DNA from: the human T2T-CHM13v2.0 reference genome, Homo sapiens
Length of the DNA stretch: 64,000 bases
NCBI RefSeq assembly: GCF_009914755.1
Contig: NC_060926.1
Strand: one strand, 5' to 3'
Program-made: the position numbers and the translations under genes
Shown: positions 43,281 to 58,363 of the stretch, one piece after another
Position numbering within the stretch: the stretch's first letter is position 1
Layout: the number at the start of each line of letters is the position of its first letter
The notes under the pieces: generated by a model
What the model saw: only the letters and a program-made list of their open reading frames with translations
What the model was told of the DNA's origin: nothing
Databases searched by the model: none

Positions 43281-43819
43281 CAGTGTGAGATGGGGGCTAG
43301 CATGACTGAAATAGCTTTTTTAAACTGAAGTTATTTTCCTTTTTAAAAATACTATTAAACATAAAATACCCCTTTCCATTAATTCCCTTTTGGAAAAATC
43401 ACAAACAGAAACAAATGATACGCTGTCTCAATGTGGGTTACTCAAAGTATGCCCATCTTCTAGCAGCTGTTAGCAGCACGTGAGGGCAACGTGCTGTGTC
43501 TACTGGGATCTGGGGAAGTAAAGAGTCAACTAATGTTCTTATACAGAGTGTTAGTTTGCTATTTTTTCTTTTTACTTTAAAACATTTTCACACCTTGATC
43601 TAGTACTATTAAAGAAAATTTCAAGGTGATTTTACATTTATTCTCATCATCTTTGTGCAATTGTATAGTCACCTGCTTGTTTTGGCTTACTATCTGAGAG
43701 TGTATTATAGTTGAGATGGTATTTCAACATCTAACCATCTTTTCAGTAACCAAACACTTTTATATAGAACCATCTGCCGAAAAAGAAGTCTGAGCAGTTG
43801 AGATGGAATGGAATTCAAG

Positions 43820-44044
43820 GTATAGAGGCAAGAGGATGGGTTTTGGAATCAGACCTGAAGTGGAATTTCAGTTTTGATACTGCATGTCATGTGACCATAA
43901 GCAAATTGCTGAATCTCTTTGACTTGGTAGCCTCATCTGTAAAATGAGGATGATAATGTCTACCTTTATGTTTGTTTTGAAGAGTAGAGTTACTATATGT
44001 CTGGCAGGGAGTAGGCCTTCCATAAATGGGTGCCCTATAAAGAA
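43820..44044 (+). mobile_element. MIR SINE directly abutting the VNTR
   Basis: ttttggaatcagacctg...tgtgacc...tgaatctct...cctcatctgtaaaatgaggatgataat...ataaatg. Confidence 0.75.
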
Positions 44045-44446
44045 TAATGATGATGATGATGAGGAGGAGAGTTCTGTAGCTACTGAACCTTGCTAAAAGC
44101 AACCAGATGATGATGATGATGATGATGATGAGGACGAGGAGAGTTCTGTAGCTACTGAACCTTGCTAAAAGCAACCAGATTATGATGATGATGAGGAGGA
44201 GGAGGAGGAGGAGAGTTCTGTAGCTACTGAACCTTGCTAAAAGCAACCAGATGATGATGAGGAGGAGGAGGAGGAGGAGGAGGAGGAGAGTTCTGTAGCT
44301 ACTGAACCTTGCCAAAAGCAACCAGATGATGATGATGATGAAGGAGAGTTCTGTAGCTACTGAACCTTGCCAAAAGCAACCAGATGATGATGATGATGAT
44401 GATGAAGGAGAGTTCTGTAGCTACTGAACCTTGCCAAAAGCAACCA

Positions 44447-44486
<40 letters not shown>

Positions 44487-44658
44487 AGTTCTGTAGCTAC
44501 TGAACCTTGCTGAAAGCAACCAGATGATGATGAGGAGGAGGAGGAGGAGGAGGAGGAGAGTTCTGTAGCTACTGAACCTTGCCAAAAGCAACCAGATGAT
44601 GATGATGATGATGATGAAGGAGAGTTCTGTAGCTACTGAACCTTGCCAAAAGCAACCA

Positions 44659-44707
<49 letters not shown>

Positions 44708-45387
44708 AGTTCTGTAGCTACTGAACCTTGCTGAAAGCAACCAGATGATGATGAGGAGGAGGAGGAGGAGGAGGAGGAGGAGAGTTCTGTAGCTACTGAA
44801 CCTTGCTAAAAGCAACCAGATGATGATGATGAGGAGGAGGAGGAGGAGGAGAGTTCTGTAGCTACTGAACCTTGCCAAGAGCAACCAGATGATGATGATG
44901 ATGAAGGAGAGTTCTGTAGCTACTGAACCTTGCCAAAAGCAACCAGATGATGATGTTGATGATGATGGAGAGTTCTGTAGCTACTGAACCTTGCTGAAAG
45001 CAACCAGATGATGATGATGATGAGGAGGAGGAGGAGGAGGAGGAGAGTTCTGTAGCTACTGAACCTTGCTAAAAGCAACCAGATGATGATGATGATGAGG
45101 AGGAGGAGGAGGAGGAGGAGGAGGAGGAGGAGGAGGAGAGTTCTGTAGCTACTGAACCTTGCCAAAAGCAACCAGATGATGATGATGAGGAGGAGGAGGA
45201 GGAGGAGGAGGAGAGTTCTGTAGCTACTGAACCTTGCTGAAAGCAACCAGATGATGATGATGATGAGGAGGAGGAGGAGGAGAGTTCTGTAGCTACTGAA
45301 CCTTGCTAAAAGCAACCAGATGATGATGATGATGAGGAGGAGGAGGAGGAGAGTTCTGTAGCTACTGAACCTTGCCAAAAGCAACCA

Positions 45388-45429
<42 letters not shown>

Positions 45430-45527
45430 GGAGAGTTCTGTAGCTACTGAACCTTGCCAAAAGCAACCAGATGATGATGATGATGAAGGAGAGTTCTGTA
45501 GCTACTGAACCTTGCCAAAAGCAACCA

Positions 45528-45564
<37 letters not shown>

Positions 45565-45602
45565 AGTTCTGTAGCTACTGAACCTTGCTGAAAGCAACCA
45601 GA
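44045..45602. repeat. Compound VNTR/minisatellite: 22 x 39-bp core GAGAGTTCTGTAGCTACTGAACCTTGCY(A/G)AAAGCAACCA interleaved with (GAT)n(GAG)m microsatellite spacers
   Basis: Units counted directly from the sequence. Cores are near-identical (CTAA/CCAA/CTGA variants) and spacers vary in length. Confidence 0.97.
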
Positions 45603-46499
45603 ATGCATGGCATGCTCATATGCCTGGATTCCACAGCAAGGAATGGTCTGCAGGATCAGGTCAGGAGGAGATGTTTCAGGGCATTTTCAGTTGGTATTTA
45701 GAGTATGTTTTCCCATGAATTAGCTATACTGTGGATTAGTTTTTTTAGTCCTTTAAGCCATAGAGTTCAATTACATTATAGACTAAGTAGGTCAGTGAGG
45801 ACTAGCTTGGGAACAGAATTTCCTCTTGAATGTTGAACACAGAGCTTTGATGTGGCATAGCCCCAGTAAAAAGGCCCGTTGTCTAAGTGTTTATCACATG
45901 GAACTGACAGGTTGTGGAGGTTACTAGTACTTACAGATATTCTCATTTTCATACTAGTTATTTGTAATTCAGCCCCATTCTCTGCGGTTTACATGAGGGC
46001 TTTGTTCCAAAATTCATTCAAAGGTTGTTTGATACTGGAAAACTCAGAGGAAATGTATAAATTTTATGTGATGATTAGGAGCTAGGTTTGCTCTCAAAAA
46101 GGCCTACTTTACCCTATATGGTTTGATTCAGAAAGAGTTAACCCAATTTAATTAAGCAAATATGATTATGTGGAGCTCCCACTGTGGGCTAAGCAGGAAC
46201 TTTTCTGGGTGCATAGGCACAGTGATATTAATATAATAGTGAATAAGACCTTCATAAAACATTTACAATCCATAAAGCAACTATACCTTTAATTAGAAAG
46301 TAGTCATTATAAGTGCTACACTTTTTAAAATAAACTGCTTTTGGATTGAAGGAAATATCATTTCTGTACCGATTTATGAAAGTGCCAAAGATATATTGTT
46401 GGATGGGATAAAAGTAAATTACCTGTGTAGTATTTTTCCCATTTAAAAACTGTTAGTATTCATAGAAAACATATCAAATATGTGACAGTTTGGGAGACT

Positions 46500-46720
46500 G
46501 AACATCATGGTAAGAATGAGGGCTTTGGAGTCAGACTGCATGGTTTTGAATCCCAGCTTGGCCTCTTACTGGAGATGTGAACTAGGTCAAGTGACTTAAC
46601 CTTTCTTTGCTTTTTTGCGTCACCTATAAAATGTACATAATAATTGCACTTACCTCTGAAGGTTATTGTGAGGATTAAATGAATTACCACATGTCAGGTG
46701 CTTAAAACAGCACATAGAAA
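46500..46720 (+). mobile_element. MIR SINE
   Basis: ggctttggagtcagac...gaatcccagct...caagtgacttaacct...ggttattgtgaggattaaatga. Confidence 0.8.
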
Positions 46721-47590
46721 GCCCCAAAAGGAAAGATCACTTTGGTTAGAGGAATGAACAAGTACCTAGACTGATTGTAGTAGCAAAGTTTTAGGTTTTA
46801 GGAGTCAGGGACCAAGTGGATAAAACTCCTTAGAATCTAGCCATTAGATTGTTCTTCATTTTCTTCACTTCCTTTCTTTTGCTTCGTCCTCCAGCTTTCT
46901 TACAATCCCTTCTGTGATTGCAACAAGGGCAGACTGTTGAGACAGGAGTGGGATACAGTTGTGCCCCTGGGGAGAGTGAGTCAGGTCTGGTTTCTGTGTT
47001 TGGTGTATATGTAGGTGTGTGCGTGGTGGTCTGGTTTTGTAGAATGTTTTTGTGCGGATAACCAAATAATAAACATTAAAGCGGGTTATTTTGTTCTTCT
47101 GTGGAGGTTGTCCTTGTAAGCAAGTAACATTTTATTGCAAAATATACAGCGTCTTCAGTCAGAATATGCTTATCTGTAAAATATAAAATACAGTATTGTA
47201 ACTGATAGGCTTAGAGATTTAGGGAGAAGAAACAGAGAGCAGGGTTTTACCCTCCAGATTCTAGTGGAAGTGTCAGATTACCTGTTCTGCTTTTCTCAGA
47301 GATGGAGCAAGCTGTTTCTACTATGATTCTAACCTTCAGGTCTCTTAGGTCATGTTTTCTGTCCTAGGAAATGTAAGGGTAGTACTTTATTTTTTATTAT
47401 GTCTTGCATATAAAAATACTTTTAAAACTTTTTCTTATTCAATAAATAACTGTTAGTAATTTGAATAAATTAGTATACAAGCTTGTCATTTTCTTATTTG
47501 TCCATTTAAATTAACTAGTATTGAAATCAGTAAAATTACAATAATCATGTATTAGATACACATTAATTTCTTTTTTCTTATCTCTTGCAG

Positions 47591-47728
47591 GATTTCTGGT
47601 AGGTCCTACTTTAGGACAAGATGTGGTACCGTTGAAGCGTCAGTCTTTGATTCACAGACAGTTGAGCTTTTCAGCTGGGAAGCCTTTCCATTTTTTTTTT
47701 TTTAACGGCTTTCTGAACCTATGAAACC
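47591..47728 (+). other. INSIG2: 5'UTR part of INSIG2 exon 2
   Basis: Polypyrimidine tract and acceptor ttcttttttcttatctcttgcag| ending at 47590, upstream of the ACCATGG start codon. Confidence 0.85.
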
Positions 47729-47972
47729 ATGGCAGAAGGAGAGACAGAGTCACCTGGGCCCAAAAAGTGTGGCCCATATATTTCATCTGTCACTAGCCAG
47801 AGTGTGAACTTGATGATTCGAGGAGTAGTGCTATTTTTTATTGGAGTATTTCTTGCATTAGTGTTAAATTTACTTCAGATTCAGAGAAATGTGACGCTCT
47901 TTCCACCTGATGTGATTGCAAGCATCTTTTCTTCTGCATGGTGGGTACCCCCATGCTGTGGCACGGCTTCAG
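47729..47972 (+). CDS. INSIG2: INSIG2 exon 2 coding part (aa 1-81, first TM segments)
   Basis: ATG in strong Kozak context (ACCATGG); [17 protein letters not shown]...[11 protein letters not shown]; donor CAG|GTATGT at 47973. Confidence 0.97.
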
Positions 47973-48049
47973 GTATGTGTAGGATGTTTCTGTAATGCTT
48001 AGAAAGGAAATAGGGTAAATGAGTATGGACGTTGTCTGAGCAATAAACC

Positions 48050-48350
48050 TTTTTAAAAAAGAAAATATATTTATTGAGATATAATTTAGGTATAATACAC
48101 TGGACCCGTTTGAATTGAACAACTTGATGTGTTTAGGCAAATGCGTACAGTCACATGACCACTGCCAATCCAGCTGTGGAACATTTCCATCACCCTCCAG
48201 AGTCTCTCGTGTCCTCTTGCAGTCCATTCCCCACCCCCAGCCTCAGGCTACCACTGATCTGCTTTCTGTTGCCATAAATTATTTATCTCTGTTCTAGAAT
48301 GCAATATAAATGGGCTCATAACGTATGTACTCCCTTCTGTCTCATTTCTA
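48050..48350 (-). mobile_element. L1M (L1MB/L1MC-type) 3' fragment
   Basis: tttattgagatataattta...acatttccatcaccc...ctaccactgatctgctttctg. Confidence 0.7.
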
Positions 48351-51300
48351 TCTGTCCTGTAAACTTTTAACATTTAATTCTGAAAAACAATCCTGTTTCC
48401 CTTAGGGATGAAGCATTTAACCCCTTAATTTTGTTCTTTCTTCAACCCATCTCATCTAAGTGTTATTTTAAGTTATTTGGATGATGAGCACCACCATTTG
48501 GTTTTAAGGGTTTGATGCATGTGCTGTAGTCTTGTTTCTGAAGTAATAAAAACTTGAATAATTAAAGTTTAAAGCTTCATGTTGTATTTTTGTAAATGCT
48601 TTTTTCCTTGGTATCTTGTTTTTATAAGTACCTTAGAATAATAAATATTTAAAGACATCTATAAGGTAGACTCTCTTTGCTTAAAATTAGTATCCTATTA
48701 GTTACTTTAGATATTTTTTTGGTGGTGGGCAGTGTGTAATGCATAGAGTAGAGCATTTCACAATACTTTATTGCTGCCATACTTCCACAATGGATAGCAC
48801 TTTAGTGTTTTCTAATGACCAAGACCAATAGATTAATACTGTTTTTAATAATAAAGTAATAAAAGGAAACCATAATCATGTGGTAGAAGATAATTCTGAT
48901 TGAAGGAGAAAATTGCTTTTTAAATACCCATTTGGTGTCTCATACTTAACATATATGAATGAATATCTTGCAACATAATATATGTCCTTCTTGGCTTCCA
49001 TCCAAGAGCGGGAGGTTGAAGGATGAGGTTGCGCTTTACGGAAGTGTTAGAATGGCCTTGTGAAACTTGCTGGACAATTATAGAATCCTGTTGCACAGTT
49101 AGAGGGGCACTGTTGTAGTAAGGCTTCAGTGTTTATATACTGATGTCTCACTATTACATCGTTCACATTAAAAGTGAAGTCATGAAGGCAGTGATTCTTA
49201 GTTTCCCAGGGTTATCATTCTCCAAGAGAAAAGGCAAAAAATAGTCCAAATAAAAAACAAATTAAATTGTATCACTCTGCTGTATGTACTGGTCCTCATG
49301 CATTTTTCTTTCATTTAAATTCAGAAGAGAAAACGTTTTCTCAACAACTTTTCTAGTTCTTTGTTTCTTTTCTTCTATAGTATAGTCTGGCTGCCAGTAG
49401 AAGCTTTTTGGGACATGGAAGAGCATACATGTCTTTTCAGGATAGAACAGAGGGAAGGGAAACTGTTGTTTATTGAATGTCTGCTAATGTGCTAGGTACA
49501 TCCTGTAATCCCAGGGTTCTGTAGAGCAACTTTGGGAGAGAGATGTTTGGCATTGTGCCTGTTATGGGGAGATGAGGACACTCACTGAGATGAAGAAAGA
49601 AAACCAGTGAGCCCAGGGTCCCAGAGCCAGTGAGTGGTGTGACTGGGTCCACATGTCACATGCTGGGGAAGGGAAAAGGAAGCTACTCACACTTTTCCCC
49701 CTACTCAGGATGCCACTTTTCAAGCCTCCAGACTGGGTGCCAGACCTAGATGGAATTCCCTGGCGTGTGTTGTGCATTTGGGCTGGGGCAGGAGAACTTA
49801 ACTGAGGTTTCATTGTACCTCCACTATGAAGAGTAACAGGGCTGCACCTGCTGTCTTGTCCTTCTGCCCCTTTAATGTCAGCACTTTTGCCATAAACTTA
49901 CATTTTAGGAAGGAAAATTTCAAATGCTAATACCACAGTTCAGCCACTACTTTCCTTCCTGTTCCCAGCCACTAGGTTTGTCACACTTACAAACTTAACC
50001 TCATTTGGGGAATTTGCATTTACATTTCTTGCTTAAGTATTTCTTCTGAAAGCAGTTTGTACCATAAGGTACTTGGGCAAAAGAAAGTAGAGAGACATTA
50101 GGAAATCTAGATTCCAGCCAATTCTGCTACCAATTTTGTTAGTTAAGTCATGGTGTTTAGTAGATGAGAGTGAAAGATATCAGATTTGTCCAAGTTGCCA
50201 GAGATGGAAAATGGATTCTCTCAAAATCTCTGCTCTGCCATCCCCTGCATCATTATTTTAGGGAAAGTATCATGGGAAAAGAAGTAAATGATTTAAGAAA
50301 CATAGTGTGTTTGAGTTTGTGTGTGTATGTAATATGCATATGTTTTTGTGTATATGTGTTGGCGTGGATTTTCAAGACCTCGCTAGGGTCTTACCATCTT
50401 AAGTCAGAAAAACTGATAATCATCCTTTGATTTTCCTGTTCAACTAACATTCATAGATAGAGCAGCCACCTTTTGGAGGGGCTCCAGAATCACCACCTTC
50501 TGTGTGTAGAGAGTGCTCCTTGTTATTTGCCACCTTTCTCTATAGCACAATCCTGGAAAATTTGCTAGTGGTGGTTCTGGTGGGACAACTAATAGAGAAC
50601 TTTGGTAAACTAATTTTGATGACTTTTTTTTCTTAATTCCATATTTTTAGTTTGATAATGCTGATGTTACAAGTTAACTTCCTTATGTGTGCCATGCACC
50701 AGAATTGGAATTAGAAATCTTTTCAGCATTATTGAGGGCCACAAAGAAATCTTTCTAAAGAATAAATAGAAAAAGACAACTCGTGTGGATAAAATAAGTA
50801 GAGAAGTTGCCTCAAAAATCACAAGTAGCCTGGTTGTGTCCAAACGTATGAAAATAATATCTAATGTAAAAAGAAAAGAAAAATGTTTCCTGTTTAGCTG
50901 TGCAGTCCCTTGCCCTATTCCTGTAGAGCCTTGTAAGATTCCTTGCTTTCTCTCCCATTCTACATCCAGTTTCCAAGTCTTACATCTTTCCTCTGTCTCT
51001 TTCTTGGTCCATCCCTCAATGGCTGTGCTTGGAGTCTTTAGTCTTTGCCGGCCTCTAGTTTTGCACCCACCCTTTTCTCAGCCCCCTTGTATGGTACCCT
51101 CACTGCTAAGAAGATGGCCTCTCTCTGGTACAACAGTGATGACATTGTTTTCCTGATTGCCCATTGTCTGCAGGGTAAAGTCTTTATAATATGGCCCTTG
51201 ACTGCTTTTTTCTTCTTCAGAGTCTTTCTGGACCCTGCAGCTCCCTTTGTGTCTGAAGCTTACAGCTTCCTCTTAACACCAGCAGTTTCCAGTTTTCCAT

Positions 51301-51430
51301 GATTGTCCTCAGCCACCTCCCTTTAATGAGAGCACTATTTCTGCGCCATTTACTGCTGAATGCTCCTGCCTCAAGGGTCACCTCTTTCCATGAAGCTTTT
51401 CTGACAGCCCAGCACCTTGCCTTCCCCTAG

Positions 51431-51851
<421 letters not shown>

Positions 51852-54370
51852 TTACCTTTTTAAATCTCCAGCAAATACCAAGAACCAGACATATTGTCAG
51901 GGCTTAAGTATTTGTTGAAGGAAAATATTATCTTATAGTTTTGCGTCGAAGTATACCTCATGGAGTGTTTTCGTTTATTCAGTTCCTGTTTTCTTACAAA
52001 ATGTCTGACTTTAACTGTGTTCCTTTTAGTGCCTCCCTGCATTTAAGCACATTCCCATAAAAAAGTGATGACTTACTACTGATATTTTACAAACTTCTTT
52101 AGTGTTTAGCTTTGGTAGACTGTAACTAGTCACTGGGAAATAACTTAAAGGTATCACAAGAAATGTGATTTTTGCATCAGAGAACCATTTGATTTATAAG
52201 CAGGATTGTGTTTGCATATGATTTTACACAGGCATGATTTTAACAGTCTTTCTTGTTTTTTTTAAAAAAAAGTACAAGAAGAGGAAAAGAGGCCCAGACA
52301 TACTCTGTTGAGCTCTCAAACAGTGGAACCTCACAGTGTTGTATATATTGCTATCAGACTCTGCCATGCCTTTATTTAAAGGAAAGAAAGAAGACATTTA
52401 ATGGGAAGTGACAAGCTTCTTCGAATTCTCCCTCTCAGTGAGCAACTGAGAACCATGCATACTCAATGGATTTGATTTTTATTGGCAAATCCCAGGGTTG
52501 GCAGTGTGGCAGTTTAAATTTCTTTTTGTGTTTTTGCTTTCTCTCCTCAGTTGTCTCTCACTTGCAAGTCTGACATCACATGCATAAAAATATAGTCGAT
52601 TTTACTTATTTATACCTTTGCACATACATGTCAGTATTCTCTATGTAATAATTCTTTACCTAGGCATCAGTTGCTCAGGAAAATTGACTTGGAATGTCTG
52701 CTCTTAGTTGACTTTACTCAGCAACAGGCAAAGGGAGGATATATATGGTGGGGGGATGGGGGTGACAAATGAGCTGTTAGTTTTATGACCCCTTGAGAAA
52801 AAAAGAGGTGATATTCGTTTAACTACATTTCAACTGTTAGGGATGCTTGTTGCCATTTTATTTGTATAGAAATTTTAAAATCCTGTCAGTTAATCTTGTC
52901 AGGATTTTGGAGCAGATTTTTAAATAGGAATATAGTGTGAAACTTCTAGATTTACTAATAGTTATTGGAGCTCTGCATTGCCGAGATATGTTCTTAATCT
53001 CTTGATGTTCTGTGAGCCATCTATACTCAGCACATGCCTAACTCAAAAGAGTTGTGGACTAGAAAATGCATACAGTATTGCAGCATCTCATCTCGAGATA
53101 GAAGGGTGGTCACACAGCCTTTTTCAAATGCTGCACCATTGGTCTGCTAGGCTGTGATTTTTGATACTAATTGGTTTCTGTTTTTCTTCGAAGAGTGAAT
53201 GCATTGCCTGTGAGATACAGCTGGCTAATACTGGGTAGGGGGAGGGCCTCTTGTCCCTCAGGCACTTAGATTTTGGCGTTGTAATTTCATGATTCCTCTT
53301 AAGTGGTATTGGTTATTTTAAACATGCTTTTCAACTGATGTGACAGTAGTGTCTTTATTGCCAGAATGGCACAACATAATCATCCTGTTTTTAGGAAGAT
53401 TAGAATATTTTCATTAAATAGTCTTTTTAATAACTAATTTAGCACTTAAAATTCCTTCCCACTAAATGAATAAAATGTTGAGGTTTGAGAAATAAGAAAG
53501 GGATGAGAATATTTTGGGACTCAATCATTGACATTTTATATACAGTTATGTATAATTAATGACACAACATTCAAAGTGTTCTTTCCAAAACTAAGAGAAG
53601 TACTAAGATGATTTCTTCTTCTAACAGTGCACTTAAAATTTAACTGAAAATTTTAAATACCTCTACACCTTGTTTCCTCCATTGTTTCTATGTGCAGAAT
53701 GAGTCTTACCTGTAGATTTCTGTTGTGAGTTTTCCTGCTTTGACAATATGACCTACAGCCTCATTAAAGGGCTAGAGTGGAAAGGAGTGTCAGTAAAAGG
53801 TGCTACATGCTGAAGACTAAAACGGGAAGCTGGTAGGGGCGAGACTGATCTACGTAAGAGGCCAGCCAGAACCTTCAGAACATTGTGTGTATGATGAGCT
53901 TGTTGTATACTTTTATACTTCTAGATTCTCTTAGATTTGTGGCATATAATAAATATTTTATGGTTTGGAGTTTAGAGAGAACATTACTTAACTGCTAACT
54001 GGTTTGATACTTTTTTCAGGTCTCGTAGGTATCAGTAGTAGAAAAGTAGCATGAATCATTTAGTAGCATGAATCATTTAGTCCAGTCTGCTAAATTGTGA
54101 ATCATACATTTGAAGAGTATTTTGTTGATTATAATTTAGAATGTTGTTGTAATCATTTGCAATACTTTCTTCATTGGTGTTATCCTCATTTCATTTCCTT
54201 TGGAAGGTAAGTTAAAAAATATCGGTGATTGATGTGAAATAACTTTTTTTTTTGTTTTTTTTTTTTTAAGAATCTTTAAAATGCTTGTGGTGGTTGTAGT
54301 GATTCTTTTAGCTTAAGTGTTGCCAGTACAACATTGGAGGTAACTTAATTTTTTTCTTTTTTCCCTACAG

Positions 54371-54495
54371 CTGTGATTGGGTTATTATACCCCTGCATTG
54401 ACAGACATCTAGGAGAACCACATAAATTTAAAAGAGAGTGGTCCAGTGTAATGCGGTGTGTAGCAGTCTTTGTTGGTATAAATCATGCCAGTGCT
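54371..54495 (+). CDS. INSIG2: INSIG2 exon 3
   Basis: Acceptor ttttttccctacag|; encodes (A)[41 protein letters not shown]; followed by the U12 donor GTATCCTTT. Confidence 0.96.
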
Positions 54496-57910
<3,415 letters not shown>

Positions 57911-58077
57911 AAAGTGGATTTCGATAACAACATACAGTTGTCTCTCACACTGGCTGCACTATCCATTGGACTGTGGTGGACTTTTGATAGATCTAGAAGT
58001 GGTTTTGGCCTTGGAGTAGGAATTGCCTTCTTGGCAACTGTGGTCACTCAACTGCTAGTATATAATGGTGTTTACCA
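57911..58077 (+). CDS. INSIG2: INSIG2 exon 4
   Basis: [55 protein letters not shown](Q); donor CA|GTAAGT. Confidence 0.96.
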
Positions 58078-58263
58078 GTAAGTATTAATCCTTCAATTTT
58101 TGGTGCTTGTTTGCTAGATAAATAAATGATAACCGCTTTCAGAATTGAGATTATGAAATGAGGTTAGCCAGTTTAATCTACAGAGTAGTTTATTTTCATT
58201 GTAATTATCTTAAGTGTCATTGCAGTTCCTCTGTGGGTATTAAAGACATGTCTGTTATTCTAG

Positions 58264-58363
58264 ATATACATCTCCAGATTTCCTCTATGTTCGTTCTTGG
58301 TTACCATGTATATTTTTTGCTGGAGGCATAACAATGGGAAACATTGGTCGACAACTGGCAATG
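58264..58363 (+). CDS. INSIG2: INSIG2 exon 5
   Basis: Acceptor ttattctag|; (Q)[33 protein letters not shown]; donor ATG|GTAAGC. Confidence 0.96.

Noticed and set aside
44045-45602. True CRISPR array
   Set aside because: Spacers are low-complexity GAT/GAG runs rather than unique acquired sequences. There are no cas genes or leader, and the context is a primate intron flanked by MIR elements.
47973-47995. C-terminal extension GMCRMFL of the 88-aa ORF
   Set aside because: Intronic read-through past the exon 2 donor.
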